From a virus (Duplodnaviria > Caudoviricetes), in the IMG/VR virus record IMGVR_UViG_2930438282_000001, positions 17,042 through 81,041 of that record: DNA of 64,000 nt, one strand, 5' to 3'. A model generated the notes under the pieces. The model saw nothing but the letters and a program-made list of their open reading frames with translations. It was not told the origin of the DNA and did no database searches. The position numbers were made by a program, and so were the translations under genes. The first letter of the stretch is position 1. Each line of letters opens with the position of its first letter. Below are positions 26,766 through 35,514 of this stretch, piece by piece.

Positions 26766-27077
26766 GTGGCAGACGAACCCCAGCAGCCTGAGGAGGTGCA
26801 GCGCCTGGTGGAAGCCATCAAGGCGTTCGAGGCCATCGAGGACGACGAGGCGTGCGCCGTCGCCGTGTCACAGGCGCTGAAGGACTGGCCCGACCACCAG
26901 GTCGCCCTCCGGGAACTGCGCCAGCAACGCGTCCAAGCGCTGAAGGCTCAGGGCAAGACCTGGGAGGAGATCGGCCGGCTCCTTGGCGGGATCACCGCTG
27001 CACGCGCCCAGCAGATCGGGGCGGGCGTGAGCGGGGCACAGCGACGCAAGGCCGCCAAGCAGGAGACCGCGGAGTAA
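26766..27077 (+). CDS. HTH transcriptional regulator
   Basis: GKTWEEIGRLLGGITAARAQQI; RBS GGAAGGAG; divergent from GT2 operon. Confidence 0.8.
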   Translation: MADEPQQPEEVQRLVEAIKAFEAIEDDEACAVAVSQALKDWPDHQVALRELRQQRVQALKAQGKTWEEIGRLLGGITAARAQQIGAGVSGAQRRKAAKQETAE

Positions 27078-27079
27078 CA

Positions 27080-27568
27080 GTGGACGATCTCGTGAAGTGG
27101 TTCGGCGCCCAGCTCGACGAGGATGAGCGGATCGCGCGGGCGGCCTCCTGGACTGATGACGCGAACGCCTGGCACGCCGAGCCTTCGCCCTTCGGTGCCC
27201 GGGATGCGGGACAGCGCTGGTACATCGAGGACGCGATAGACGACGGTGTGGTCTCGCACGTCGATCCGGCCGCCTCCGACCATGAGGGCGTTGCGCGGCA
27301 CATCGCGGAGTGGGATCCGGCGCGGGTGCTGCGCGAGATCGATTCGAAGCGCCGCGTCCTCGGCGTGTACGCCTCCGCCCTCAAGGACCGTGCAGCGCTC
27401 CGTGACCGTATGCGTGAAGTGGTCGATTCGGATCCGGACGAGTTCTACCGACTCCACCGTCAGGAGAGCGATCTCATTGGGCGGGCGCGGCAGCTGGGTC
27501 CGATAGTGCGCCTGCTCGCGCTGCCGTACGCGGACCGGCCGGGCTACCTCGACGACTGGAGACTGTGA
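27080..27568 (+). CDS. DUF6221-like protein
   Basis: LDEDERIAR...RHIAEWDPARVLREIDSKR...LALPYADRPGY. Confidence 0.8.
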   Translation: MDDLVKWFGAQLDEDERIARAASWTDDANAWHAEPSPFGARDAGQRWYIEDAIDDGVVSHVDPAASDHEGVARHIAEWDPARVLREIDSKRRVLGVYASALKDRAALRDRMREVVDSDPDEFYRLHRQESDLIGRARQLGPIVRLLALPYADRPGYLDDWRL

Positions 27569-27571
27569 GCC

Positions 27572-28222
27572 GTGGCCATAGAAATGGGAGACTGGGCCGG
27601 TTGGGTAGGCGGGGTCGCCGGCGTTGCCGCCTTCGTGACGAGCATCTTCGGCGTTGTGAAGTCGAGCGACGCGAATCGGATCGCTCGGCAGGCGAACGCC
27701 AAGAGCGACCAGTCGAACAACATCGCCCGCGAATCTAACGACCTTGCCACCGAAGCTAACCAGATCGCCGAGGCGGCGAACGGCATTGCCCGAGAGGCAA
27801 ATGACCTCGCTCACCGCCAGGAACGACGCAGCACCGAGAGCCATGCCGTGCAATGGGACGGCAGCTGGATCGGACCCGGGCAGTTTGCCCTTGACTGTCG
27901 TGGATCGAGCGTTGCGTGGAATGTTGTTGCCCGTGTGACCGTCGACGGCGAGGAGGCCGTAGTCGAGCGCGAGCGAGTCGTAGCCCCCGACCGTCTCATC
28001 TTTGACTTCCCCGCGGCCCGTCGCGCGTTGGAACGAGAGAGGCGGGAATACGCCGAGGCTCGGCGCGCCAGCTCATCCGCGCTATACGGTGCGGTGGTCG
28101 TGGACGAACTGCGCTTCCGAAACCACAGCATCGAGGAGTGGGTGCATTGGAAGACGGAGACATCAGCGCCGAAGGAGCACCACGAAGTGTGGCGCCTAGC
28201 CACACTAGGTGACCTTGGCTAG
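27572..28222 (+). CDS. Single-pass membrane protein with heptad repeats
   Basis: GDWAGW + TM; ANxIAxx 7-aa repeats. Confidence 0.7.
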   Translation: MAIEMGDWAGWVGGVAGVAAFVTSIFGVVKSSDANRIARQANAKSDQSNNIARESNDLATEANQIAEAANGIAREANDLAHRQERRSTESHAVQWDGSWIGPGQFALDCRGSSVAWNVVARVTVDGEEAVVERERVVAPDRLIFDFPAARRALERERREYAEARRASSSALYGAVVVDELRFRNHSIEEWVHWKTETSAPKEHHEVWRLATLGDLG

Positions 28223-28321
28223 GGGGCGGCAGGCATCCGTCTGTGGCAGCCCGTGAAGCCCCGCGGTGTCCCGGTGTCCGGGGCGGACTCCATGTCAGTG
28301 CTCCGGGCTATGGTCCAAGAC

Positions 28322-28807
28322 ATGAATTGGGGAAATGCGCCCGCATGGACGGCGCTTGTGCTTTCGGGTGGTGCCTTGTGGGTCAGCATCAAGGCGCGTG
28401 GGGATGGCAAGAGGTCGGCTGACGCTGCAGCTACGTCGGCATCGGCCTCGGTCCGCTCGGCCGTGGCTGCGGAAGGGGCGCTGGCTCTGCAGCAGCAAGA
28501 GACTGCGGAGCGGCGCGCGGCCGAGGCTGAAGCTGCGCGACCGCGGCCGTCGCTCGTTGTGAAGCACTTCGAGAAGCAGCTGTACCACTTGATCAATGAG
28601 GGCCATGCTCCAGCGGAAGACGTCAGGTTCGCTGGTGAGTTGCCGGCATCAGTGATGGACGCACCCGTCGGAGTCACGCTCGGTCCGGGCGATGTGCATC
28701 CGTTTTTCATCGCGCCGGACTTCGACTCGCCCAGCATTGCGGTGCTCAAGGTCTCGTGGGAGGGGCTGGACGAGCCGGTGTCGCTTCGGGTTCCGTCGGC
28801 ACGCTGA
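28322..28807 (+). CDS. Single-pass membrane protein (moron)
   Basis: MNWGNAPAW + TM + Ala-rich coil; TATGGT 7 nt before ATG. Confidence 0.7.
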   Translation: MNWGNAPAWTALVLSGGALWVSIKARGDGKRSADAAATSASASVRSAVAAEGALALQQQETAERRAAEAEAARPRPSLVVKHFEKQLYHLINEGHAPAEDVRFAGELPASVMDAPVGVTLGPGDVHPFFIAPDFDSPSIAVLKVSWEGLDEPVSLRVPSAR

Positions 28808-28891
28808 ACTCGCACGCCATCACCTCCTCAAAACCTTCACAAGCTGACGTGTCGTGAGCCACACTGGTTCACTCAGATTTGAGGGGGGACG

Positions 28892-29206
28892 ATGAGCAAT
28901 CCGTACATCAATGCGCCTATCCGGGCCCGCATGTACTCATCCACGCTGCACAAGGTGATCTGGGTCGTCGTCGTTGTGGCGTCAGCCGGCCTGCTGGCGC
29001 CTCCGTTGTTCTTCATCGCGGCGAAGAAGCGGGTCGTCGCCATGTACGTGCCTGCGCTCTACGCCGTGTTCGCCTGGGGGACGCCGATCGTCGCGTCCAT
29101 CGTCGGAAACGCAAAGAACTGGTCAGGCGGCGTACTGGCGTTCACGATGATCACCGCGGCCGTCCACGCGGCAATCCTGGACATCGACTGGAAGTCCGGT
29201 CGGTAG
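28892..29206 (+). CDS. Small 3-TM membrane protein
   Basis: 104 aa hydrophobic; RBS GAGGGGG. Confidence 0.75.
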   Translation: MSNPYINAPIRARMYSSTLHKVIWVVVVVASAGLLAPPLFFIAAKKRVVAMYVPALYAVFAWGTPIVASIVGNAKNWSGGVLAFTMITAAVHAAILDIDWKSGR

Positions 29207-29224
29207 ACCGGAGAGGGGGCTGTC

Positions 29225-29347
29225 GTGATTGGGCTTGCGATCTCGATGGTGCGGCTGACGCTGCGCCTGACCTTCGGGATGATCGACATGATGTTCTGGG
29301 CGTGCACTCTTGGGAAGGTCGATCCGCGGACGCGCAGGTTCGTGTGA
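29225..29347 (+). CDS. 40-aa hydrophobic peptide
   Basis: VIGLAISMVRLTLRLTFGMIDMMFW...; G-rich RBS. Confidence 0.4.
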   Translation: MIGLAISMVRLTLRLTFGMIDMMFWACTLGKVDPRTRRFV

Positions 29348-29444
29348 AGCGCTGACCTTTCGTGGCCCAGGCGGGTTCCCGTATCCCGACGGCTGCCGTC
29401 GCAACCGGCTCTTCCGGGTCACCGCGCTCAGAGTGCCAGAACGC

Positions 29445-29483
29445 CTGAGGGCCCGGCCGGTCTCATCCCGGTCGGGCCCTCAG
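29445..29483. terminator. 16-bp hairpin between convergent units
   Basis: CTGAGGGCCCGGCCGG/CCGGTCGGGCCCTCAG. Confidence 0.6.
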
Positions 29484-29639
29484 AGTTTGTGCGCCGCCCG
29501 GCTGTTCGCCGACTGTTCTCGGGTACCCGGGTTTCCTCCGGGCAGACGGGTGGCTGGTGCGGGGTCTCGTATCCCAACGCCACGTCCGTCCACGAGACCC
29601 CGCCAGCTCAGGATGCCAGAAGATCGGGGTCGGCCCGTG

Positions 29640-29915
29640 TCAGTAGACCGTCACCTCGATGGGCACCTCCTTCGGTGTCTCCTCCTTGTATGTGACCACT
29701 CGCACTAGGTGTGCCGGAACGATGTGTACGGAGTATGTGCTCTGACCGGGATAGGAGGGCTCTCCGTTGCGTCGGGGGTCGATGTGGAGGAAGCCGCCGT
29801 CCACGGCGACGCGGGCGTTGTCGAGGTGGTCGAGGAGCTGGCTCGCGGACTGAGGGTTGGGGACGAGCTTGTCGTTCAAGGTGACGTCGGCAAGGCGCCA
29901 TTTCAGAGTGCTCAT
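29640..29915 (-). CDS. 91-aa hypothetical
   Basis: RBS CAAGGA, protein-like composition. Confidence 0.65.
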   Translation of the reverse strand: MSTLKWRLADVTLNDKLVPNPQSASQLLDHLDNARVAVDGGFLHIDPRRNGEPSYPGQSTYSVHIVPAHLVRVVTYKEETPKEVPIEVTVY

Positions 29916-29957
29916 GGTGTGATCCTTGTGCAGTTGGAGCTGTGCAGTGCGGTGCCG

Positions 29958-30149
29958 TCAGAATGCGATGAGCTTGCGGGAGCGAGGTCTGCCGTCGCTC
30001 GGGTCGAGTTCTTGGGCGGCGTGAAGGGCGTCGTCGATAAGGTGTCGTGCCTCGCTAGCTCCAGATGTGTCGACGCCGGTGTCTTGCAAGGCCTGCGCAA
30101 GGTCGCGGAGCAGTCTCGCAAGACGTATGGGGTCGTCGGCGTAGGGCAT
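29958..30149 (-). CDS. 63-aa hypothetical
   Basis: RBS CAAGGAG before ATG. Confidence 0.55.
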   Translation of the reverse strand: MPYADDPIRLARLLRDLAQALQDTGVDTSGASEARHLIDDALHAAQELDPSDGRPRSRKLIAF

Positions 30150-30223
30150 TGATCTCCTTGTCATTGAGGGTGTGGAGCAGCGCCCGCCCGAGATGGGCGG
30201 GCGCCGTAGGGGATGCTGGCTCG

Positions 30224-31036
30224 TCAGGCGGCGGAGCGCTTGTCCCACTCGTCGACGATGAAGTCGGCCCCCTCGGGGGTGGCGTAGGCGACCTCGTAGG
30301 AGACCCGGCCGTTGCTCTCGACCTTGACCATGAAGAACCCGGACTTCTGGTAGGTGCGACGCGGCATGTTCTGATTCGACCCGAACCGAGAGAGCTGCTT
30401 GCGGAACACGCCGATGTCGACGAGCCAGTTCGTGAAATCCTTGACCGGCAGGTCGAGCATGTCGGCGATGGCGGTCATGCCGATCAGGCCCTCGGCGTTC
30501 ACGAACCGGTCCCACTTGCTGGCCTTCGGCGCGAGGACCTTGTTCGCGGCCTCTAGGGCTTCCTTGGCCTCCAGCGCAGCCACCAGGTCGCGCGCGACCT
30601 CGAGTTTCGAAGGTTCGCGACGTATGGCGCTGCGCTTCGAGACGTACTCGTGGAGGGCGTCGGCGAACTCGACCTGCGCGAGTTCGATGTTCTCTCTCAC
30701 TGTGGGGTCTGCGATGCGGCTGCTCGTGATGTTAGCCAGCCACATCGCGACGATCCGCTCGTGGATCAGGAAGTGCGGACGCTGCTGTGGGTCACCAGGG
30801 AGCTGGACGTGCGTTACACACGTCCGGCCCTGTGACCAGGACTTTCGCTCGATAGCCTGCCGTTGACCATTGGCGTCGAGCGTGAGGTTCTGACAGAGCT
30901 GTCCGAGCACCGCCCAGTTGCCGTGCTCGTTCGACAGGATGAAGACCGGTTCGCCGTGGAAGTCGAACGAACCGATCTCAAAGTAGCCCCCGCTATTGCC
31001 AGCCGGCTCAGGGAGACTACTGTTGGGTATTGCCAT
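30224..31036 (-). CDS. Phage antirepressor (P22 AR-like N-term + KilA-C/ANT C-term)
   Basis: FDFHGEP..LCQNLTLDANGQRQAI; LAPKASKWDRFV..IGMTAIA..TPEGADFI; RBS AAGGAGG. Confidence 0.85.
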   Translation of the reverse strand: MAIPNSSLPEPAGNSGGYFEIGSFDFHGEPVFILSNEHGNWAVLGQLCQNLTLDANGQRQAIERKSWSQGRTCVTHVQLPGDPQQRPHFLIHERIVAMWLANITSSRIADPTVRENIELAQVEFADALHEYVSKRSAIRREPSKLEVARDLVAALEAKEALEAANKVLAPKASKWDRFVNAEGLIGMTAIADMLDLPVKDFTNWLVDIGVFRKQLSRFGSNQNMPRRTYQKSGFFMVKVESNGRVSYEVAYATPEGADFIVDEWDKRSAA

Positions 31037-31218
31037 GGAGCTGTACCTCCTTGGTCTTTGCCCTCGGCAGGGCTCTCCTCCCTGCGCGAGGGCACAAATC
31101 GTTGGCCTTCGATCCGAAGGCGTTCCCTGTCCGATTACGTTACGACACAGTGACTGCAGTTCGCTTCCGGCCGCTTGGGCACTGGGTGTCAGCCGCCTCG
31201 CAGGCAGCCTTCGATTCT

Positions 31219-31278
31219 CGAACTTCCGCGAACTTCCGCGTACACGTGCGTACACATGCGTAGCTCCTCGTGACACTC
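31219..31278. repeat. Six 10-bp-periodic units upstream of antirepressor
   Basis: CGAACTTCCG x2, CGTACACGTG, CGTACACATG, CGTAGCTCCT, CGTGACACTC. Confidence 0.6.
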
Positions 31279-31328
31279 TGTGCCGTTGAGGTGCCTCTGT
31301 TGTGTGATGCACTTCTCATGAGGGCTCG

Positions 31329-31658
31329 TCACCTCTTCTGTGTCGGAAGCCATGTGACGAGGCGTTGATCCACGGTCGAAGCGTCCGCCGAAGCGGAGTC
31401 GGTGGGCCACTCGATGCGGCCCTGCTTCTTCCGTCGCCGTGCTTCGCGTGCGATGGCGCGCCGGGTGGTCCGGTTCGGGCGGGGTGGGAGCGGCTGGTTC
31501 ATGTCCGGGCCGGCCGTGTCGAGTTCGCGGTGCAGGAACGTGGGCGTCTCACCGCTGCGGTCGACGAGGACTTCCCCGTGGAGGACGAGCTGGGCTTCCC
31601 AGTTGGCGCCCGGGGCGGGCATGTGCTCGCCCCGGGGCGTGGACGACGGGCCGGTCAT
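31329..31658 (-). CDS. Hypothetical
   Basis: 109 aa, ATGA coupled to HIT gene. Confidence 0.5.
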   Translation of the reverse strand: MTGPSSTPRGEHMPAPGANWEAQLVLHGEVLVDRSGETPTFLHRELDTAGPDMNQPLPPRPNRTTRRAIAREARRRKKQGRIEWPTDSASADASTVDQRLVTWLPTQKR

Positions 31659-32026
31659 GTACGTGCCTTCCTGGTGGTGCGGCGACGCCCGGAGTCCCAG
31701 GGCAGCGCCAGGCCGTCGTTCTCGGCTCTGGGAATCAGATGCAGATGCAGATGGAACACGGACTGCGTGGCTTCCCGGCCCTTGCTGGTGATCAGGTTCA
31801 TGGGACCGCCGAGCTCTGCAGCGAGGTCGGACGCCCTGCGCATGGTCTCGGCGGCCGTCATCGGGGCCTCCACGAAGTCCGCGACGTGCAGCTTCGGGAT
31901 CACGAGAGTGTGGCCTTCAACGACCGGGTTCAGCGGCACGATCGCGATGACCTGTGGCCACTCGCGGACCAGCGTTCGCGGCGCGCGTCCGGCGACGATC
32001 TCGCAGAAGGGGCAGGGCTCGGTCAC
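31655..32026 (-). CDS. HIT family nucleotide hydrolase
   Basis: CPFCEIV, GHTLVIPK, QSVFHLHLHLIPR. Confidence 0.92.
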   Translation of the reverse strand: MTEPCPFCEIVAGRAPRTLVREWPQVIAIVPLNPVVEGHTLVIPKLHVADFVEAPMTAAETMRRASDLAAELGGPMNLITSKGREATQSVFHLHLHLIPRAENDGLALPWDSGRRRTTRKART

Positions 32027-32193
32027 AGGTAGCTCCCGGTGAGTGGGACATCGGCGATGCTGTCGATCTGTGCCCGGGTCAGGCCCTGGCCGTGAAGGTC
32101 GCGGTCTTTGAGGCCGGCTACTTCGACGTCGTCGGGGTCGTAGTAGAAGCGGGTCCAGTCGATGTCGCAGAACGACTCATCCACGCGGCTCAC
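32023..32193 (-). CDS. 56-aa hypothetical
   Basis: GTGA coupled to HIT gene; start uncertain. Confidence 0.5.
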   Translation of the reverse strand: MSRVDESFCDIDWTRFYYDPDDVEVAGLKDRDLHGQGLTRAQIDSIADVPLTGSYL

Positions 32194-32545
32194 CGTCCTC
32201 GGTGACAGCGCCGAGGAGTTGAGCGGGCGTGTAGCCGCTGCCTTGAAGTGGGACGCGGCCTCGGCGGCCGAGGGCTGCGAACCATTGGATGCGGTTGCGC
32301 CATCCGTCGATGACTTCGAACATCCAGTCGTTGCGGCCCTCGGGGGTGGCGGCGGGTGAGGACTCGACGAGGGTGATGAGGGCTTCGAGGCGTTCCACGG
32401 CGCGAGGGTGCATGCGCTTCCCGGCCCGGGCGAAGTAGATCGCGTTGAGGCTGACGTGCAGCATGTTGGCGACCAGCCCCCAGTCCAGGCTGGAGATCGC
32501 GTGAAGATGCTCCAGACGGTCGGCGGTCGCGGCGGTGGAGTTCAT
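32177..32545 (-). CDS. HTH-like hypothetical
   Basis: LDWGLVANMLHVSLNAIY Xre-like; ATGA coupled. Confidence 0.6.
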   Translation of the reverse strand: MNSTAATADRLEHLHAISSLDWGLVANMLHVSLNAIYFARAGKRMHPRAVERLEALITLVESSPAATPEGRNDWMFEVIDGWRNRIQWFAALGRRGRVPLQGSGYTPAQLLGAVTEDGEPRG

Positions 32546-32817
32546 GCGGCCTCGTCGTAGTCGTGGGGCTGGGTGTGCGCCCAGAGCGGCAACGTGCGGG
32601 TGCGGCGGGCGAGAGCCCGGGCACGAAGTGGGCTGCGGGCCCAGGACGGGCGGGGCATGGCGCGGCGCACGATGTAGGGCGTGGTCGGGCGTGCGCCGAA
32701 GGCGACGAACGCGGCCACGCAGAGGATGAAGGCGGAGGCGCCGGCGAGGGCTTCGACCCATGCGGTGGCGGCGGTGATGACGGTATCGAATGCGGTCGCC
32801 AGGTCGTGGACGATCAC
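32542..32817 (-). CDS. Small membrane protein
   Basis: 91 aa, one TM, GTGA coupled. Confidence 0.55.
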   Translation of the reverse strand: MIVHDLATAFDTVITAATAWVEALAGASAFILCVAAFVAFGARPTTPYIVRRAMPRPSWARSPLRARALARRTRTLPLWAHTQPHDYDEAA

Positions 32818-32957
32818 GGGCTTCTCCGGGCATTGCGAAAGTTGCGGATGGCGGTGGCGAGGGCGGTGATCCCGGCGGCGAGGAAGAAGATCCAGCCGAG
32901 CGTCCAGCAGACGAGGCCGGCGATCACGTACGAGCCGGGTTCGATGCTGCCGGTCAC
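32814..32957 (-). CDS. 47-aa membrane peptide
   Basis: YVIAGLVCWTLGWIFFLAAG, coupled on both sides. Confidence 0.55.
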   Translation of the reverse strand: MTGSIEPGSYVIAGLVCWTLGWIFFLAAGITALATAIRNFRNARRSP

Positions 32958-34201
32958 CGGAGGGGCTCCGCGTCGGGGTTGTCCTTCCAGCGGCGGCCGA
33001 GGGCGGTGACGTGCAGGTCGTGGGGGCCTTCGACGATGCAGGGTTCGGTGGGTGCATCACCCTTGGGGAGGAGCGCGGCCGGGCACGGTGCGCCGGGCTC
33101 GTTGTCGGCGGGGTCCCAGGTGGCGTACGGGTCACGTTCGGTGGTCGCCCACACGCTGGTGGGGCACGGCCACGCCTGCTCGCACTCGATGCACTGCCCA
33201 GACGTCATCCCCGACAGGGTTCCCTGGATGTGGGCTTCCGCGATGCGGGCGAGTCGATCCGCAGGGGTCGACCGTGCGACGGCCCCGTCCTGCCGCGCCA
33301 CGACGGCGGTCGGGTCCCACTTAGCGCGGATCCTGTCGGCCTGGCCCGGCTTCCAGGGGCGAACGGCACGGCGGTCGTCGAGCAGGCCCGCGCCATCAGC
33401 GGGGACTTCCTCGCCTTCGTGGTCCCATGCGGGTTGCCCGCAGCGGTCGCAGGTGGCGAAGGACTGGCCGATCCACACGAAGCCCTGGCAGACGGGATCC
33501 TGCGCCACGACGGCGTCTGTCGTCCTCTGGCCGGTGATGGTGTCGACCATGGCCTGCACCGACTGCCGGGCGAGTTGAATGCCCGGCGTCTCGGTGGTGG
33601 GCTGCTCCTCGCCAGCCATCCGGCGCAGCTCATCGCCCCACTCGCGTACCTTGCGCGCTGCTGGCCGTGCCCATTGGCATGTGGACTTTGTGCCGAGGGC
33701 CGCAAGCCGGTCTGCGATCTCGCGGTATACGTCGGCCAGGCCGGGGGGCGCGTATGCGGTGCCGGTCACGGCATCGGCTGCGGTCATGGCTACGTCGGCG
33801 TCTGCGCTGTAGGCGATCACGTCATCGGGGTGCGCGTCAGCCCACTGGCTGCCGGGGTTCCACCGCTCGTAGATCACACGGGCGAAGTGGTTCCGGCGTT
33901 CGGCATGCGGTGCCGGAGTGCTGGGGGCTTCTTCCTCGTTGACGGTGTGGTTGGGGATCCGTGGACCTTCCGGCGGCGGGAGCGTCTCGTCGGCGCGTGT
34001 GGTCGGCTGCACCGGGGCAGACACGGTGGGTTCGTTGTTGGCGAGGGCCTGGTCGACGTGCTCGGCGAGGAGCGCTCGGATTTGTGCGTGCCCGAGGCCG
34101 CCTCCGGTCCGGTGCTTTCGCTGGAATGCGTCGATGGCGTCGTAGATCGCGGTTACGCGGTCAGGCCCGGGTGACTGCGCTGAAGGCGTGGGTTGGCTCA
34201 T
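32954..34201 (-). CDS. Modular phage hypothetical protein
   Basis: 415 aa with several small Cys/His modules; RBS AAGGAG. Confidence 0.7.
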   Translation of the reverse strand: MSQPTPSAQSPGPDRVTAIYDAIDAFQRKHRTGGGLGHAQIRALLAEHVDQALANNEPTVSAPVQPTTRADETLPPPEGPRIPNHTVNEEEAPSTPAPHAERRNHFARVIYERWNPGSQWADAHPDDVIAYSADADVAMTAADAVTGTAYAPPGLADVYREIADRLAALGTKSTCQWARPAARKVREWGDELRRMAGEEQPTTETPGIQLARQSVQAMVDTITGQRTTDAVVAQDPVCQGFVWIGQSFATCDRCGQPAWDHEGEEVPADGAGLLDDRRAVRPWKPGQADRIRAKWDPTAVVARQDGAVARSTPADRLARIAEAHIQGTLSGMTSGQCIECEQAWPCPTSVWATTERDPYATWDPADNEPGAPCPAALLPKGDAPTEPCIVEGPHDLHVTALGRRWKDNPDAEPLR

Positions 34202-34282
34202 GAGGGTGCTCCTTACTGACCGACTGGTCAGTGTGATGGTGATGGTACCGGCGGGGCGGGGGTGCTATTCGGGGTTGCGAGG

Positions 34283-34507
34283 TCAGAGGGACCAGAGGGT
34301 CGGCTGGCAGTCGGCGAGGGGCAGTTCGTCCTGGCCTGGGATCGGCTCAGCGGTGGTCGGAGTCGCCTGGCGGGGCCGGCGGCCGGGCGTGCCGTGGAGT
34401 CGCTTGTGGCAGACGGGGCCGAGGCCGCGGGCTCGTGAAACGGGGTCTCGGAGAGGACGCCCGCACGTGCAGCGCACGGGCGTCTCTTCGTCGTGCTGGT
34501 CAGTCAC
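34283..34507 (-). CDS. DUF6011-like Zn protein
   Basis: CTCGRPLRDPVSRARGLGPVC. Confidence 0.75.
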   Translation of the reverse strand: MTDQHDEETPVRCTCGRPLRDPVSRARGLGPVCHKRLHGTPGRRPRQATPTTAEPIPGQDELPLADCQPTLWSL

Positions 34508-34805
34508 GGGCCGCCAGCCGTGGGTGCAGCTCCCAGTGCGGGCAGTCGGTTATCGGCTGCTTCAGCTCGTCGGGGCCGTCTTCGTGGCCGCATCCTTCGG
34601 GCCAGCCGGGGTGCTCCGGGTACGGGCCTTCCTGGTCTGCGGGCTCGTAGTTCACACAGGTCTTGCAGGCCCGGGCGGCGGGGTTCTGCCAGCAGCGCGG
34701 CATGTGCTGCTCGACGCGGTCACGACGGGCCCGGGTGTAGCGCTGGCAGTGCGGGCACTGGTGCCGGGTGACGACGATCGGCGTGGGGAGGTCGACGGTG
34801 CTCAC
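34500..34805 (-). CDS. Cys-rich hypothetical
   Basis: CPHC..H..C, CKTC. Confidence 0.65.
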   Translation of the reverse strand: MSTVDLPTPIVVTRHQCPHCQRYTRARRDRVEQHMPRCWQNPAARACKTCVNYEPADQEGPYPEHPGWPEGCGHEDGPDELKQPITDCPHWELHPRLAARD

Positions 34806-35320
34806 CGACGTACCTCGGTCTCGCCGTCGAACGGCTCAAGCAGGTCGAACGCTTCGTCCTGGCGGTCCGCGAGCCACAGGAGGGCGTAGTCGGCGAGGTG
34901 CTCCCGCTTCAGCCAGCCGCGCTGTTCGGCGATGAAGCCTTTGTCGTCCCAGTGGCCGTCGCCGTAGGAGAGGTCGCTGCTGCCGTTCTGGTCGGCGCGG
35001 TCGAGGCGAGAGCGTGGGAAGCCGTATGCCAAGGCTTCTTCGCGGGTCCAGGTGCCGGCGGGCATCTCGCAGACGTTCGACCAGCCGATGTACAGATCGC
35101 GGTCGGGGGCGGCCTTGACGATGAGGCAGCGCAGCCGCGGGTCTTGGCCGGCGCGGAACTCGGCGAATTCGTCGCGCAGGCGGCCGATCTCGGTGAGGAG
35201 TTCGGGGACGGTGTCGGCGACGGGGTGTGCGGAGCAGCAGGAGAAGTCGCCGATGTGGCTGTGGTTCGTGCGGTAGGTGGTGTGCAGGGCGATGATCTCC
35301 TGCTCGCGTTCGGGCGTCAT
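34802..35320 (-). CDS. Hypothetical
   Basis: 172 aa, coupled on both sides. Confidence 0.65.
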   Translation of the reverse strand: MTPEREQEIIALHTTYRTNHSHIGDFSCCSAHPVADTVPELLTEIGRLRDEFAEFRAGQDPRLRCLIVKAAPDRDLYIGWSNVCEMPAGTWTREEALAYGFPRSRLDRADQNGSSDLSYGDGHWDDKGFIAEQRGWLKREHLADYALLWLADRQDEAFDLLEPFDGETEVRR

Positions 35321-35514
35321 GGGTTCTCCTGGGTGATGCTGGCCGCGGTGCGGCATTCGGTGCAGGTGCTGAGGTGGCCGGGGTGGGGGGTGCCCCAGCA
35401 GTCCATGTGGTCTTGGAGTTCGTCGGGCTGGAAGGCGGTGCCTTCGAGGAAGCCCCGGGACGGCTGGCCGTCTGGCCCGTAGTGCCAGCCGTCGTCGGGG
35501 TCGGCCGTGGTCAT
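35317..35514 (-). CDS. 65-aa hypothetical
   Basis: ATGA coupled. Confidence 0.55.
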   Translation of the reverse strand: MTTADPDDGWHYGPDGQPSRGFLEGTAFQPDELQDHMDCWGTPHPGHLSTCTECRTAASITQENP

